Source: Vermamoeba vermiformis
Taxonomy: Eukaryota
NCBI GenBank assembly: GCA_045837725.1
Contig: JBEWZL010000056.1
Span: 124,001 to 188,000, forward strand
Direction: 5' to 3'
Length of the DNA: 64,000 nucleotides
Both the position numbers and the translations under genes were made by a program. The notes beneath the pieces were generated by a model. It was not told where the DNA came from. It did no database searches and was given only the letters and a program-made list of their open reading frames with translations. Shown piece after piece: positions 63,948 to 64,000 of the stretch. Position 1 is the stretch's first letter. Each line of letters starts with the position of its first letter.

Positions 63948-64000
63948 CTATACAATAAATCGTTAATAATCGTTTTCTAAAGTACGAAAATTATGCTGGA

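Noticed and set aside
1-64000. tRNA, rRNA, snoRNA, U12-type introns and CRISPR arrays
   Set aside because: None recognised by eye; a tRNAscan-SE/Infernal scan would be needed to exclude small RNAs

Overview
Gene-dense, intron-rich (GT-AG) nuclear DNA of a microbial eukaryote. It is most consistent with an amoebozoan-like protist (RasGEF-RGS, CRT-like transporter, F-box/LRR/ankyrin genes, Crinkler-like genes), but the taxon is an inference. About 32 protein-coding loci can be rebuilt by manual splicing; most short ORFs in the track are exon fragments or antisense shadows. No rRNA, tRNA or CRISPR array was recognised. Most notable: (1) four paralogous small NLS + Cro/C1-like HTH genes, three in tandem, all split by an intron at the same codon; (2) a head-to-head pair of very divergent secreted paralogues of unknown family; (3) two CpG-depleted Crinkler/RHS-type NTPase genes, one also carrying a nuclease domain and disrupted by a probable CGA>TGA stop; (4) a RAMA domain that may splice to an Ash2L-type winged helix; (5) a haloalkane-dehalogenase-like gene with alternative PTS2 or signal-anchor N-termini; (6) recurrent tandem GATC clusters in introns; (7) a perfect 32-bp inverted repeat; (8) a probable pseudo-Sec7 protein; (9) bacterial-type galU and ABC exporter genes. 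All domain calls come from motif recognition by eye, not from database searches.
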